NCBI GenBank assembly: GCA_963664065.1
Contig: OY760942.1
Coordinates: 2,545,689-2,609,688 of the forward strand
From: Lysobacterales bacterium
GTDB taxonomy: Bacteria; Pseudomonadota; Gammaproteobacteria; Xanthomonadales; SZUA-36
DNA length: 64,000 bases
Direction: 5' to 3'
Under the pieces are notes generated by a model. That model was not told the origin of the DNA and ran no database searches. It worked only from the letters and a program-made list of their open reading frames with translations. A program made the translations under genes and the position numbers. Below, in pieces: positions 1-9,263 of the stretch; position 1 is the stretch's first letter, and each line of letters starts with the position of its first letter.

Positions 1-1608
1 TGCGGATTCGGTTAGACGGTTACTGGCGCGCACCTCGCTCACTTCTTCTCCAAGCACCGTTGTCATCTTTGTCAGGGTATCGTTTTCTGTCTTTTCCTTG
101 TCTTTCTGCTCATCCCTGGATTCTGTCTCGCCGCCCAGGTCCACAACGCCCTTGGCTACAGAACGGAAGGGCTTGCCCTGAAACTCCGTGAAATAACCCA
201 TCATCCACTCATCGATCCGGTCAGACATCAGCAGTACCTCAACGCCCTTTTTACGGAAAATTTCAAGATGAGGGCTGTTACTAGCTGAGCGATGATTCTC
301 AGAAGTTACATACCAAATGGTGTCCTGATCCTTCGGCATCCGTTCAAGGTACTGCTCAAGACTGGTGCGTTGATCGGTATTGCCGTCGTGCGTAGATGCA
401 AACCTCAAAAGACCGGCAATCTTTTCACGGTTGGACATATCTTCTACGACACCTTCTTTGAGCACCGCACCAAACTCTTCCCAGAACCTGGTGTATTGAT
501 CACCGCCTCTGCCCGCCATCCTTTCAAGCAGGTCAAGGCTGCGTTTGACCACCGCTGCGCGCATTTTCCGGATCCCTTCGTTTTCCTGCAACAATTCACG
601 CGATACGTTAAGCGGCAGGTCGTCGGAATCGACTACTCCACGCACGAACCTGAGGTAATGTGGCAACAACTGTTCTGCGGCATCCATGATGAAAACACGG
701 CGAACGTACAGCCGTAATCCGCTGCGCTCATCGCGCTGTAACATTATATCCAACGGCGCACGCGATGGAATGTACAAAAGGTTGGTGTAGTTATGGTTTC
801 CCTCAACCTGGTTGTGTGTCCAGTCCAGCGCATCTTCGAGGTCATGACTCAGGTGCTTATAGAAAGACTGGTAATCATCGTCGCTAATCTCGGATTTTGA
901 CAAAGTCCATAGTGCCGAAGCCTGGTTAATGGATGTCCAGCCAGGTTCGCCATCTTCCTTCTCTTCCCTGAGACGTATCGGGAACCCGATATGATCGGAA
1001 TATCGCGTCACCAGTGAACGCAATGTCCATGACTGAAGAAACTCAGACTCTGCCTCTTTCAAGTGCAGAATAATCTCGGTGCCATGATGTTCACGATCTT
1101 CATTGCTGATTTCGTATTCGCCAGCGCCGTCTGATGACCAGCGTACTCCCTGACCGGGTTCATCCCCGGCCCGACGGGTCAGGACTGTTACCTGGTCAGC
1201 GACAATAAAAGACGAATAGAAACCAACACCGAATCGACCGATCAATTTTTGATCCAGGTCTGAATCACCTGATACCTGCTTGAGAAACTGGCGCGTACCC
1301 GATTTTGCAATGGTGCCTATATTCTCGGTTACTTCTTCAAAGTTCATACCTATGCCGTTGTCACGGATTATGAGTTCGTGCTTTTCGCTGTCAATTTCGA
1401 TATCAATATTAAACTCGGAATCACCTGACAACAGGGCCTCGTCCTGCAAGGCTTCAAATCGCAATTTGTCACAGGCATCCGAAGCATTTGAAATCAATTC
1501 ACGAAGAAAAATTTCTTTATTTGAATAGAGCGAATTAACCACCAGCTTAAGTACTTCACGCACCTCAGCCTGGAATGAATGTTTTTGTGCTTTATTTTTG
1601 TTGCTCAT
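1..1608 (-). CDS. htpG: Molecular chaperone HtpG (Hsp90); 3' end runs off the window
   Basis: The minus frame is open from the ATG at 1608-1606 to the window edge. It begins MSNKNKAQKHSFQAEVREVLKLVVNSLYSNKEIFLRELISNASDACDKLRFE and contains IRDNGIGM (GHKL/Hsp90 motifs). It is missing from the ORF track because no stop falls in the window. Confidence 0.93.
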   Translation of the reverse strand, partial: MSNKNKAQKHSFQAEVREVLKLVVNSLYSNKEIFLRELISNASDACDKLRFEALQDEALLSGDSEFNIDIEIDSEKHELIIRDNGIGMNFEEVTENIGTIAKSGTRQFLKQVSGDSDLDQKLIGRFGVGFYSSFIVADQVTVLTRRAGDEPGQGVRWSSDGAGEYEISNEDREHHGTEIILHLKEAESEFLQSWTLRSLVTRYSDHIGFPIRLREEKEDGEPGWTSINQASALWTLSKSEISDDDYQSFYKHLSHDLEDALDWTHNQVEGNHNYTNLLYIPSRAPLDIMLQRDERSGLRLYVRRVFIMDAAEQLLPHYLRFVRGVVDSDDLPLNVSRELLQENEGIRKMRAAVVKRSLDLLERMAGRGGDQYTRFWEEFGAVLKEGVVEDMSNREKIAGLLRFASTHDGNTDQRTSLEQYLERMPKDQDTIWYVTSENHRSASNSPHLEIFRKKGVEVLLMSDRIDEWMMGYFTEFQGKPFRSVAKGVVDLGGETESRDEQKDKEKTENDTLTKMTTVLGEEVSEVRASNRLTESA

Positions 1609-1705
1609 GTCTGCCTGCGTGTGTGCTGCCTGGTGAAATTGAATTACTGTTTGCCAGAACATAAGGCCGGCAGCCCCGTATTCAACTGCAAATGCGTTTT
1701 TTCAG

Positions 1706-1733
1706 GCAAAAAGAAGCCCGCTGGATGCGGGCT
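1706..1733 (-). terminator. Rho-independent terminator downstream of rplS
   Basis: The minus strand reads AGCCCGC-ATCCA-GCGGGCT followed by TCTTTTTG, about 55 nt after the rplS stop. Confidence 0.7.
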
Positions 1734-1789
1734 GCTTTGGTATGTCCAGTCAATATCAGCCTTTGGGAAATCCCAAAACCGGTGAATCC

Positions 1790-2137
1790 CTACTTGAGCT
1801 TCTCGCGAATACGGGCAGCTTTGCCTTCCCGCCCTCTCAGGTAATAAAGTTTGGCACGGCGGACATCACCTCTGCGCTTCACTTTGACCGAGTCTATGAG
1901 CGGGCTGTAAGTCTGAAAAACCCGTTCGACTCCCGTGCCGTGTGACATCTTGCGCACTGTGAAAGCAGAATTAAGCCCTCGGTTGCGGATCGCAATGACC
2001 ACACCCTCAAAAGCCTGTAGTCGCTCGCGGTTGCCCTCCTTGACTTTCACGCTAACGATAACTGTATCGCCCGGCGCAAACTCGGGGAGTTCGCGGGTCA
2101 TTTGCTCTTTGTTAATTTCGTCAATGATCCTGTTCAT
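1790..2137 (-). CDS. rplS: 50S ribosomal protein L19
   Basis: 115 aa with typical L19 sequence ([30 protein letters not shown]). It is the last gene of the rpsP-rimM-trmD-rplS order. Confidence 0.95.
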   Translation of the reverse strand: MNRIIDEINKEQMTRELPEFAPGDTVIVSVKVKEGNRERLQAFEGVVIAIRNRGLNSAFTVRKMSHGTGVERVFQTYSPLIDSVKVKRRGDVRRAKLYYLRGREGKAARIREKLK

Positions 2138-2161
2138 TGCTCTTTCCTTCTCAAGCCGGCT

Positions 2162-2923
2162 TTATTTGCCGGTTTCGTCGTGTTCCAATTCCACTTCCCG
2201 CCTGAATTCCTTCAGCAACAGCCGGGCCTCTTCATCCAATTCGGCTATATTGAGCAAGTCGGGCCTTCGCAGCCAGGTCCTGCCCAGTGCCTGTTTTCTT
2301 CGCCAGCGCCGGATCGCTTCGTGATCGCCTGACATCAAAACCCGCGGCACTTCCAGATTCTCCACACTTTCCGGCCTGGAATAGTGCGGATGATCAAGCA
2401 AGCCATCCATAAATGAATCCTGTTTAGCAGACTCATCGTCTCCCAGGACCCCTGGAATCAAGCGTACCACTGCATCTATCACAACTGCCGCAGCCAACTC
2501 CCCGCCGCTGATAACGTAGTCTCCTATGGACCACTCTTCATCCACTTCGAGATCGATTAACCTTTCATCGATCCCTTCATAACGGCCGCACACTAGTATT
2601 AACCCCGGTCGTATAGCCAGATCTTTTATGGCTCCCTGGTTCAGTTTGCGGCCCTGGGGGCTTAGCAAGCTGACTTTGCACTCTTTGGACTGGTCTTCTT
2701 TTGCTGCGTTAATGGTACTGCGCAAAGGCTCAACCGTCATCACCATCCCCGGCCCACCACCGTAAGGGCGGTCGTCAACCGAGCGATGTCTGTCACGGGT
2801 AAAATCTCTTGGATTCCTTACCCTGACATGGACCTTGCCATGCTGGATGGCACGTCCGGTTACCCCCAGGCCACTCATTGCCCGGAATGCATCCGGAAAC
2901 AGCGTGATGACTTCAATTTTCAC
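2162..2923 (-). CDS. trmD: tRNA (guanine37-N1)-methyltransferase TrmD
   Basis: 253 aa starting at GTG with [13 protein letters not shown]. It contains the [14 protein letters not shown] motif and sits in the operon context. Confidence 0.93.
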   Translation of the reverse strand: MKIEVITLFPDAFRAMSGLGVTGRAIQHGKVHVRVRNPRDFTRDRHRSVDDRPYGGGPGMVMTVEPLRSTINAAKEDQSKECKVSLLSPQGRKLNQGAIKDLAIRPGLILVCGRYEGIDERLIDLEVDEEWSIGDYVISGGELAAAVVIDAVVRLIPGVLGDDESAKQDSFMDGLLDHPHYSRPESVENLEVPRVLMSGDHEAIRRWRRKQALGRTWLRRPDLLNIAELDEEARLLLKEFRREVELEHDETGK

Positions 2924-2928
2924 GCGGC

Positions 2929-3450
2929 CTACGCCAGGTAGTCCGCTTCCCAGTCCACGATCAGCCGGCCCGCTTGCAGGTCTACGCTGATAACAAAGTG
3001 GCCCGGAACAAACGGAATCATCCGTTCACGATCACCATCCACAACCATTACGTCGTGAGCGCCCGTTTCCATCATTTTGACGATGTGCCCCAGCTCAACA
3101 CCATCCTTCGTTTCCACGACCAGTCCTTCAAGGTCTGACCAATAGTATTCGTTTTCAACAGGGTTCGGCATCTGATCCCGGAATACCGCGATTCCCAAAC
3201 CGGTCAGTTTACTTGCCTGTTCCCGATTTTCTACACCTGGCAGGGACGCGACAATTGTCTTGCCCTGGGGTCTGCCTTCGATGATTTTGACCGGGTTCCT
3301 GTCATCTCCGAGCAACCATGGCTGATATGCCAATATTGCTTCGCGCGGACTGGTCCAGGAATGAATCTTGAGCCAGCCCTTGATACCGGAAACCCCGGTA
3401 ATAACTCCCAGCGGTACCAGCTTCCGATCCCGCTGATCTCTTCCGCTCAC
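2929..3450 (-). CDS. rimM: Ribosome maturation factor RimM
   Basis: 173 aa with a GTG start. It lies between rpsP and trmD and has a PRC-barrel-like C-terminus. Confidence 0.88.
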   Translation of the reverse strand: MSGRDQRDRKLVPLGVITGVSGIKGWLKIHSWTSPREAILAYQPWLLGDDRNPVKIIEGRPQGKTIVASLPGVENREQASKLTGLGIAVFRDQMPNPVENEYYWSDLEGLVVETKDGVELGHIVKMMETGAHDVMVVDGDRERMIPFVPGHFVISVDLQAGRLIVDWEADYLA

Positions 3451-3459
3451 ACCAATCCT

Positions 3460-3711
3460 CTAAGAACCAGCTCCCCGGGCTTCAGTCACAAGGTGCTTCA
3501 CACGCTCACTTAGTTGTGCTCCAACACTGGTCCAGTATTCAACACGTTCGAGGTTAACCCTGAGCCGTTCTTCCTGGCCGCGGGCGATCGGATTGAAAAA
3601 CCCAATACGCTCAATCCTTCTTCCATCTCGTTTGTTGCGACTGTCCGTTACCACGATGTGGTAGAAGGGCCGCTTCTTTGCACCACCTCGTGCCAATCTG
3701 ATTTTTACCAT
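3460..3711 (-). CDS. rpsP: 30S ribosomal protein S16
   Basis: [21 protein letters not shown] is the canonical S16 N-terminus. I chose the internal ATG (3711) rather than the ORF-track start at 3732. Confidence 0.93.
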   Translation of the reverse strand: MVKIRLARGGAKKRPFYHIVVTDSRNKRDGRRIERIGFFNPIARGQEERLRVNLERVEYWTSVGAQLSERVKHLVTEARGAGS

Positions 3712-3987
3712 TCCAAAAAACCTTTTAATCAATGGCCCTGCGAGCTACGCAATGGCCCGGTCCATGCCTCATGGTCACGGACCATGTTCGCTTTGTTTGT
3801 CGTGGCGCTGTCTGCCACAACTGTCTAATTTACAGTTGAATGCAGCAGGGCCCAGGAAACCGCGCATTTTAACCCCATTTCGTGCAAAAGAAAACTATAG
3901 CGCACTGGTTTATGGCACTTCTCTGGCCAGCGGATCAATCCTTAATTTTTTCTTACTTGCCGGCGTGCTCATTGATGGCTAATCTCA

Positions 3988-4561
3988 ATGAGAATTGTAG
4001 AGCAATTAGCGAAACCTTTGGCGAAGAAATCTTTCAAAATCAGCACTTCCCGGCTCATTCTACGCGAATTCAATGCGCAGGATGCCGAAGCTCTGTTCCA
4101 CTTGAACAGTAATCCAGATGTGTTGCGCTATACCGGCGATGAGCCGTTTCAGGACGTTGAAGCCGCTGATGACTTCATAGCCAACTACACCCATTACCAC
4201 CAACACGGCTTTGGGCGGTGGGCTGTGACCAGCCTGGAAACCGGTGATTTCATGGGATTTTGTGGACTACGAAGGTCTGGATCCACTGGTGATGTAGACC
4301 TTGGATTCCGCTTGTTTCAGAGATACTGGGCGCAAGGTTACGCGACTGAAGCCGCACAGGCTGCAATGTCTGCCGGATTCGACCAGTTTGGGCTTGATTT
4401 CATCACAGGTCGTGTCATGCGCGAAAACCTGCCTTCGATCACTGTTCTGCAAAAAACTCGGTATGCAGTTTCGCGAGTTGAGCGAAGAAAACGAGTTGAT
4501 CTGGTTGATCTATGCAATTACAGCCGATGAATTCAGGTGCAGGGATAACGCTCAGGGATAA
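3988..4561 (+). CDS. GNAT N-acetyltransferase (RimJ/RimL-like), apparently frameshifted in an A6 run
   Basis: The frame from 3988 reads ...RENLPSITVLQK and then diverges. The overlapping frame (4301..4561) continues LGMQFRELSEENELIWLIYAITADEF, the expected GNAT C-terminus. Deleting one A from AAAAAA (4451-4456) joins the two frames. Confidence 0.75.
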
Positions 4562-4577
4562 CACTGACGGACATCGA

Positions 4578-6002
4578 TTAAATCAAGCCCTCTACCCAAG
4601 GCCCCGTGATGGCGCATGTAAATCCCGGATTGTAAACATTGGCAAACATCCATTGACCGTCCGGTGAGAAACACGCCCCGGCCCACTCGGCCTGTAAAGC
4701 CGTGTCCTCCAGCACAAACCCGAATTGTGAACCGCTCATCATCGGGTTGAGACGAGCAAACGCGAACAAATCACCAGATGCCGGGAGACCTGCAAGATAC
4801 TGACCAATCTTGTTCCCTTCTTCCCGGTCTTCACAGATCACCAGGCTACCCCGAGGGCTGATAACGATGCTGTCCGGGCCTGAGAACCCACCCCGGCCAG
4901 GCGCCTCGTAGACGAGTTCCAGCGTTGATTTTGCCAGGTCCAGCCGGAACACGTAGCCGCTTTTCGCGACACCGCTATTTTTTGACGTGAAAAAAACTTC
5001 TTCATCACCACAAATTACCCCTTCAAGGGCGCGAAATGCTGAACCACCGGCATCAAGTCCCTGCGACACAACGCCCTTTCCGTCATGAGAATTCGGTGAA
5101 TTGCCTCTTCCTGGCTCGTCTATGTCTACCCAGCTTACGGCCATCGGGCTAAACAGGCTGATAGCTTCAATCAATTCGGGATAACCATCCACCTTCAGCA
5201 TTTGAAGCTTTCCACCAGCGCTGAGTTGGCCCGGAACATGAGGAATATATTGATAAAAACCAGCCTTGGGTTTTCTGTCTTCGGTCATGTAGACAATGCC
5301 AGTAACAGGATCAACAGCGGCTGCTTCGTGCCAGAATTGGCCCATTTCCCAAATGGGTTCGGGGTCTCTGACAGCTTCAGCACCGACTTCAAAGACATAG
5401 CCATGGCGGCGTTGGGCGTCTTTGATGGCCCAGTTCCTCTGTTGGGTCTCTATACCAAAATGTGCCTGATCCGGCGTAAAAACTGCTTCTTCGCAGCTTA
5501 ACCAAGTGCCCCAGGGCGTAACCCCACCCCCACAATTGTTGAGAGTGCCATTCAGGCTGACGAATGCCCGTTCCATTTTTTCATCCGAAGTATCAAAGAC
5601 CAGGTTCGTCGTGCCACCGCCGGTAACGTCCCAGGCGCTCTCAGTATCGCCGAACGGGCCGCTTGAACCGCGTAATTCGTGGTTACAAACCAGTGTAACG
5701 AGCTTTCCGTTTCCCGCGATAACACCCATACCATCACAACGCCCCGGGCCCGGAAATCCGTCACTCATCTCCTGCTCTGCCCAGGCAAAGGTGTGATATC
5801 TAAAGCCCTCAGGAAGCATCAGTAAAGCCTGTCCGGTGGTTTCATCGCGCACCGGTCGAAGCGGACCAAGGGCTTCGTGAACGCCAGGTGCTTCACCCCG
5901 ATTTCTGAAATTCTGTAACCCTGCCAGGCCCAGGCCAATACCGCCCGCAGCCAGCAGGCCTGTCTTGATGAATTTACGTCTGGACCCTGCTGCCCCCATC
6001 AT
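4578..6002 (-). CDS. Tat-exported PhoX/DUF839-family protein (putative phosphatase)
   Basis: 474 aa with an N-terminal twin-arginine signal (SRRKFIKTGLLAAGGIGLG). The body looks like the beta-propeller of DUF839/PhoX proteins. Confidence 0.65.
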   Translation of the reverse strand: MMGAAGSRRKFIKTGLLAAGGIGLGLAGLQNFRNRGEAPGVHEALGPLRPVRDETTGQALLMLPEGFRYHTFAWAEQEMSDGFPGPGRCDGMGVIAGNGKLVTLVCNHELRGSSGPFGDTESAWDVTGGGTTNLVFDTSDEKMERAFVSLNGTLNNCGGGVTPWGTWLSCEEAVFTPDQAHFGIETQQRNWAIKDAQRRHGYVFEVGAEAVRDPEPIWEMGQFWHEAAAVDPVTGIVYMTEDRKPKAGFYQYIPHVPGQLSAGGKLQMLKVDGYPELIEAISLFSPMAVSWVDIDEPGRGNSPNSHDGKGVVSQGLDAGGSAFRALEGVICGDEEVFFTSKNSGVAKSGYVFRLDLAKSTLELVYEAPGRGGFSGPDSIVISPRGSLVICEDREEGNKIGQYLAGLPASGDLFAFARLNPMMSGSQFGFVLEDTALQAEWAGACFSPDGQWMFANVYNPGFTCAITGPWVEGLI

Positions 6003-6010
6003 CTGGTTGC

Positions 6011-6467
6011 CTAATGCCCGAATCCGCGCGGCGGAACCTGGCTTTGCAGATGCCCCATCTTTTTCATCATTTTGCTCATTCCGCCCTTTCCAAACTTCTT
6101 CATCATCTTCTGCATTTGGCCAAATTGCTTGAGCATGCGGTTGACCGACTGAATATCAGTGCCTGATCCAGCCGCAATCCGCTTCTTTCGGGACCCCCTT
6201 ATAACATCCGGAAAACACCTTTCCTGTAAGGTCTATGGAATTAATGATCGCGATCATGTGCCGGGTATGCCGGTCATCGACCTTATTACGAACATGGTCC
6301 GGAACATCGTTCATTCCCGGTAGTTTTTCCATCATGCTACCGATGCCACCCATGGTTTGCATTTGTACCAACTGGCTTTGAAAATCTTCAAGACTGAATC
6401 CTTTGCCTTTCTTGATCTTACGTACGAGTTTTTCTGCTTTTTCCTGATCAACATTACGCTGTACTTC
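6011..6467 (-). pseudogene. ffh: Signal recognition particle protein Ffh: 3' (M-domain) remnant only, also frameshifted
   Basis: Translation EVQRNVDQEKAEKLVRKIKKGKGFSLEDFQSQLVQMQTMGGIGSMMEKLPGM...AIINS then shifts frame near 6234. It continues [46 protein letters not shown] to the stop at 6011-6013. About 300 N-terminal codons are absent, and the fragment abuts the IS end at 6468. Confidence 0.85.
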
Positions 6468-6498
6468 TGACGTGGTCAACCTATTTGATACAACCCAG

Positions 6499-7413
6499 TT
6501 AAGCAGCTTTTCTTAATTCCGTCATTTCCATTTCATACTGATTCGGGCTTCTGTAATCGAGGTACGAATGCAGTCTGTAACTGTTATAAAACATCGATAT
6601 GTAATCCAGAATATCCTGCTGTGCTTCATATCGAGTCTGGTAGTGCCACCAATGCACCCGTTCTTGTTTCAAGCTGCCGAAGAAGCTCTCCACAACGGCG
6701 TTGTCCCAGCAATCACCTTTTCGGCTCATGCTGCCTTTGAAGCCATGTGCTTTCAATAATTTCCTGAAAGCCTTACTGGCATACTGCGATCCGCGGTCAG
6801 AATGATGGATCAACCCCGCCGTTGGCCTACGCAACCAGATCGCCATCGTCAAAGCATCACACACCAGCTGTGCTGTCATTTGGCTGCTCATACTCCAGCC
6901 AACAACTTTTCTGGAATATAAATCAATAACCACAGCCAGGTACAGCCAGCCTTCCCGGGTCCAGACATAGCTGATGTCTGAAGCAAATACCTGGTTGGGT
7001 TGCTCAACATCAAATTGTCGTTCCAACAAATTCTCAAATAACGGCAATTTGTGATTGCTGTTGGTGGTCACTTTGAATTTCTTCTTATGCCGAACTTGAA
7101 TACCCGCTTCTTTCATCAGCTTCACAGTCTTCGTTCTGCTGATCGGAAAACCCAATGCATTCATTGCTCTTTTCATGCGCCGCCGGCCATAGGTGTACTT
7201 GCTGGCAATGGCTATATCCTTCATCCAGTCCAGCATCTCCTGGTGCTCTGGATCAGCCAGTCTGGCTTCTGTATTTCGCCGATAGTGGTAATAACCCTGT
7301 CGGCTGACGCCCAGTACTCGACACATCAGGTCGATTGGCCAGGTCTTCTTATGTTGGGTGACAAACAAATATCTCATTTCATTTCTTTGGCAAAGAAGAC
7401 CGTCGCTTTTTTT
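6499..7413 (-). CDS. IS3-family transposase OrfB (DDE integrase core), expressed as an OrfAB fusion by -1 frameshift
   Basis: The -1 frame after the slippery site reads [42 protein letters not shown]. It contains the rve-type core ([25 protein letters not shown]). Confidence 0.88.
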   Translation of the reverse strand, partial: KKSDGLLCQRNEMRYLFVTQHKKTWPIDLMCRVLGVSRQGYYHYRRNTEARLADPEHQEMLDWMKDIAIASKYTYGRRRMKRAMNALGFPISRTKTVKLMKEAGIQVRHKKKFKVTTNSNHKLPLFENLLERQFDVEQPNQVFASDISYVWTREGWLYLAVVIDLYSRKVVGWSMSSQMTAQLVCDALTMAIWLRRPTAGLIHHSDRGSQYASKAFRKLLKAHGFKGSMSRKGDCWDNAVVESFFGSLKQERVHWWHYQTRYEAQQDILDYISMFYNSYRLHSYLDYRSPNQYEMEMTELRKAA

Positions 7414-7667
7414 AGGATTTCTTTCTCCATTCTCAGGTTTTTGACCTGCGATCTTAACTTCCGGATTTCCTCCTGTTCCGGTGTTAGTTTGCCGTTCCCG
7501 CGGAAAGCCTGACCGCCATCGGACCGCTGTTCTGAAACCCACCGACCAAGCATATTGCTATTAAGCCCAAGGCTTCTGGCCGCTTCTGCACGGCTATAAC
7601 CTTGATCGAGTACCAAACTGACTGCATCCAGTTTGAACTCCTTTGAATACTTTTTTCTTCTACTCAA
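7374..7667 (-). CDS. IS3-family transposase OrfA (HTH)
   Basis: 97 aa, [44 protein letters not shown], typical of IS3/IS911 OrfA. Confidence 0.88.
   Translation of the reverse strand: MSRRKKYSKEFKLDAVSLVLDQGYSRAEAARSLGLNSNMLGRWVSEQRSDGGQAFRGNGKLTPEQEEIRKLRSQVKNLRMEKEILKKATVFFAKEMK
7406..7413 (-). promoter_or_regulatory. Programmed -1 ribosomal frameshift site A AAA AAA G of the IS3 element
   Basis: The orfA frame reads CTA AAA AAA GCG. Slipping -1 gives the OrfB frame without an intervening stop. Confidence 0.7.
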
Positions 7668-7766
7668 TTTACTTCTCCCAGTTAAATAAATTATCTCTTA
7701 ACTGGGTTGTACAATCTATTGGACCACGTCATGACGGTTTGCGCCCAGCACTGGTTGCCTACAGAA

Positions 7767-7893
7767 TGTGGGTGCCGCGCCCTCGCGGCGATGCTCTTTG
7801 TGAAAGGCCCTTTATCTTGTGGGAGGCGCGACCCCGCGGCGATTACTCTTATGGGAGCAAGGTCCACTGTGGGAGCGATTTTCAATCGCGAAT
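7767..7893. repeat. Three tandem REP units in the same orientation
   Basis: The units are TGTGGGTGCCGCGCCCTCGCGGCGATG (7767-7793), TGTGGGAGGCGCGACCCCGCGGCGATT (7818-7844) and TGTGGGAGCGATTTTCAATCGCGAAT (7868-7893). Confidence 0.8.
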
Positions 7894-7932
7894 TCTTCCG
7901 TATAAGTTCAGCGGCATCAATAGCAAGCCTTG

Positions 7933-8208
7933 TTAGCCATTTTTTTCTACCAACTGCCCATCTACATACTTATGCAGAATACTCGAAACCAGCGTTTGAT
8001 AGGGGATGCCTTCTTTCAGGGCACGGCTTTGAATGGCCCGGAGATCTCTCGATGACAGCCGTATGTTTATACGAGTATCTTTCTTGAATGTTGCCTCAGC
8101 GATGGTCCTGTGCTGTTTGATTTACTCGACCACCTTTCTGGATCGTTTTAACTCACCCTTCTCAAAGGCTTCGAGAATCTCTCATTCTTCCCTATCCAAT
8201 TTACTCAT
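7933..8208 (-). pseudogene. BrnA-like (CopG/RHH) antitoxin with two in-frame stop codons
   Basis: MSKLDREE*EILEAFEKGELKRSRKVVE*IKQHRTIAEATFKKDTRINIRLSSRDLRAIQSRALKEGIPYQTLVSSILHKYVDGQLVEKNG. The stops are a TGA at 8182-8184 and a TAA at 8122-8124. Confidence 0.7.
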
Positions 8209-8259
8209 CTTTACCACCTAAATACTGTTTCATTGCCTTCAAATCCAAACCTATTTCCC

Positions 8260-8397
8260 AAAGTGTTTTTCCAGAAAAGTCATCGCCAATTTCAACACCC
8301 GGAAAAGCCAGGCACAATCACAGTCGCTGGCAAGCCCCGTACGGAAGTGCCTCCGGGCACACTACAAAGTATCCTCAAACAAGCTGGATTGAAGTAG
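8260..8397 (+). pseudogene. hicA: HicA mRNA-interferase toxin, 5'-truncated remnant
   Basis: In-frame translation is KVFFQKSHRQFQHPEKPGTITVAGKPRTEVPPGTLQSILKQAGLK*, the canonical HicA C-terminal half. No start codon or N-terminal part lies upstream. It ends 9 nt before hicB. Confidence 0.7.
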
Positions 8398-8406
8398 GAT
8401 TAATTT

Positions 8407-8619
8407 ATGAAATATGCCGTTGTTATTGAAAAAGGGCCTGAGAGTTTTGGTGCTTATGTGCCTGACCTTCCGGGTTGTGTTGCTGTTGGCGAAACGCGAT
8501 CAGCCGTTGTCCGGCTGATTCAGGAAGCTGTTGAAGTGCATCTACAGGGCCTTCAGGAGCAAGGTGATGAAATCCCGCTTCCTACGTCGTCCGTTGAGTT
8601 TGTTGATGTTGCTGCGTAG
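8407..8619 (+). CDS. hicB: HicB-family antitoxin
   Basis: 70 aa, MKYAVVIEKGPESFGAYVPDLPGCVAVGETRSAVVRLIQEAVEVHLQGL, the HicB N-terminal RNase-H-like fold. Confidence 0.85.
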   Translation: MKYAVVIEKGPESFGAYVPDLPGCVAVGETRSAVVRLIQEAVEVHLQGLQEQGDEIPLPTSSVEFVDVAA

Positions 8620-8628
8620 TCATTATTC

Positions 8629-8769
8629 CTGGCTCCTGCATTTTGGGATTCGCGATTAAAAATCGCTCCTGCAGACATTAGATTGCTCTATGCAGGTCTG
8701 AGAGGATTCGCGATTAAAAATCGCTCCCACAATTGTCCTCGCTCCCACAATGGTCATCGCTGCTACAAA
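8629..8769. repeat. REP cluster: two full units plus half-units
   Basis: The full units are ATTCGCGATTAAAAATCGCTCCTGCA (8648-8673) and ATTCGCGATTAAAAATCGCTCCCACAA (8706-8732). Half-units (GCTCCTGCA, CGCTCCCACAA, CGCTGCTACAAA) also occur, and the last one overlaps the stop of the MarR gene. Confidence 0.8.
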
Positions 8770-9098
8770 TCATGGTTGCCGGTGTTTGCCACTTCACGTT
8801 GCAGTTCCTGGATTTCGGTTTCCAGTTCTTCGTATTCCTGCCTTTTTCGCTGCAGAAAGCTGACCGTGATGCGGGTCTTGGTCTCGATTCCCTTGGGCGT
8901 GAGGATGTAAAGGTAAGCGCGCTTGTTATCGCTGTTTTTGAAATTGCGTGCTTTCACCAGGCCTTTTTCAATCAAGGCCTTCATGCAGTAATTAGCTTTG
9001 CCCAGGCTGATGCCAAGGTGTTCGGCCAGTTCGCGCTGGCTGACCTGGGGGTGGTCTTCCAGGTAGCGGAGAAGTTTTAGGTTGGTGTCCTGGTCCAT
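8763..9098 (-). CDS. MarR-family EPS-associated transcriptional regulator
   Basis: 111 aa. [64 protein letters not shown] matches the pattern I recall for the MarR_EPS subfamily (TIGR04176-like). Confidence 0.75.
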   Translation of the reverse strand: MDQDTNLKLLRYLEDHPQVSQRELAEHLGISLGKANYCMKALIEKGLVKARNFKNSDNKRAYLYILTPKGIETKTRITVSFLQRKRQEYEELETEIQELQREVANTGNHDL

Positions 9099-9106
9099 TT
9101 GAGAGC

Positions 9107-9129
9107 AGTGAGTAGTGAGTAGTGAGTAG
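9107..9129. repeat. Heptamer tandem repeat (AGTGAGT)x3 in the leader of the MarR gene
   Basis: AGTGAGTAGTGAGTAGTGAGTAG is read directly. On the coding strand it is CTACTCA x3, ending 9 nt before the ATG. Confidence 0.8.
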
Positions 9130-9147
9130 AAAGAACAAGATCAAGAG

Positions 9148-9174
9148 CTTCGCGATCAATGATCGCTCCCACAA
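9148..9174. repeat. REP unit
   Basis: CTTCGCGATCAATGATCGCTCCCACAA. Confidence 0.8.
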
Positions 9175-9208
9175 CAGTTACATGCGTAGTGGCAGATTTG
9201 TTGTTGGG

Positions 9209-9220
9209 CACGCTACCGCC
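9209..9220 (-). promoter_or_regulatory. ops / JUMPStart core element (RfaH recruitment site)
   Basis: The plus strand CACGCTACCGCC is the reverse complement of GGCGGTAGCGTG. The extended minus-strand context is CAGGGCGGTAGCGTG. It lies between the RfaH-like gene and the MarR gene, co-oriented with both. Confidence 0.75.
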
Positions 9221-9263
9221 CTGCAGAGGGGGCTCCGCATGGGTATTTTGGGGTGTGGCGTCG

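Larger units (their letters stand above)
6468..7731 (-). mobile_element. IS3-family insertion sequence (about 1.26 kb)
   Basis: The imperfect terminal inverted repeats are TGACGTGGTCAACCTATTTGATACAACCCAGTTAAG (6468 onward) and the reverse complement of ...CTTAACTGGGTTGTACAATCTATTGGACCACGTCA (ending at 7731). Inside are orfA and orfB with an A AAA AAA slippery site. The flanking triplets differ (TTC and TGA), so there is no target-site duplication. Confidence 0.85.

Noticed and set aside
1647-1662. The LexA-box-like CTGTTTGCCAGAACAT between htpG and rplS.
   Set aside because: The second half-site is ACAT rather than ACAG, and neither flanking gene is an SOS gene.
3913-3928. A sigma-54-like TGGCAC-N5-TGGC upstream of the RimJ-like GNAT gene.
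   Set aside because: The -12 element is TGGC rather than TTGC, and the context (a housekeeping-type acetyltransferase with no activator) gives no support. It is weaker than the site at 43223-43238.
6481-7720. CTATT on both sides of the inner IS3 repeat (6481-6485 and 7716-7720), taken as a 5-bp target-site duplication.
   Set aside because: The inverted-repeat homology continues outward to TGACGTGGTC at 6468 and 7731. The CTATT motifs are therefore internal to the terminal repeats, not flanking target sequence.
8209-8330. A minus-strand translation (LAFPGVEIGDDFSGKTLWEIGLD) that vaguely resembles the core of a BrnT/DUF497 toxin.
   Set aside because: It overlaps, on the opposite strand, the much stronger and longer HicA match. 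Only the last 10-17 codons next to the brnA ATG are kept as a possible brnT tail.
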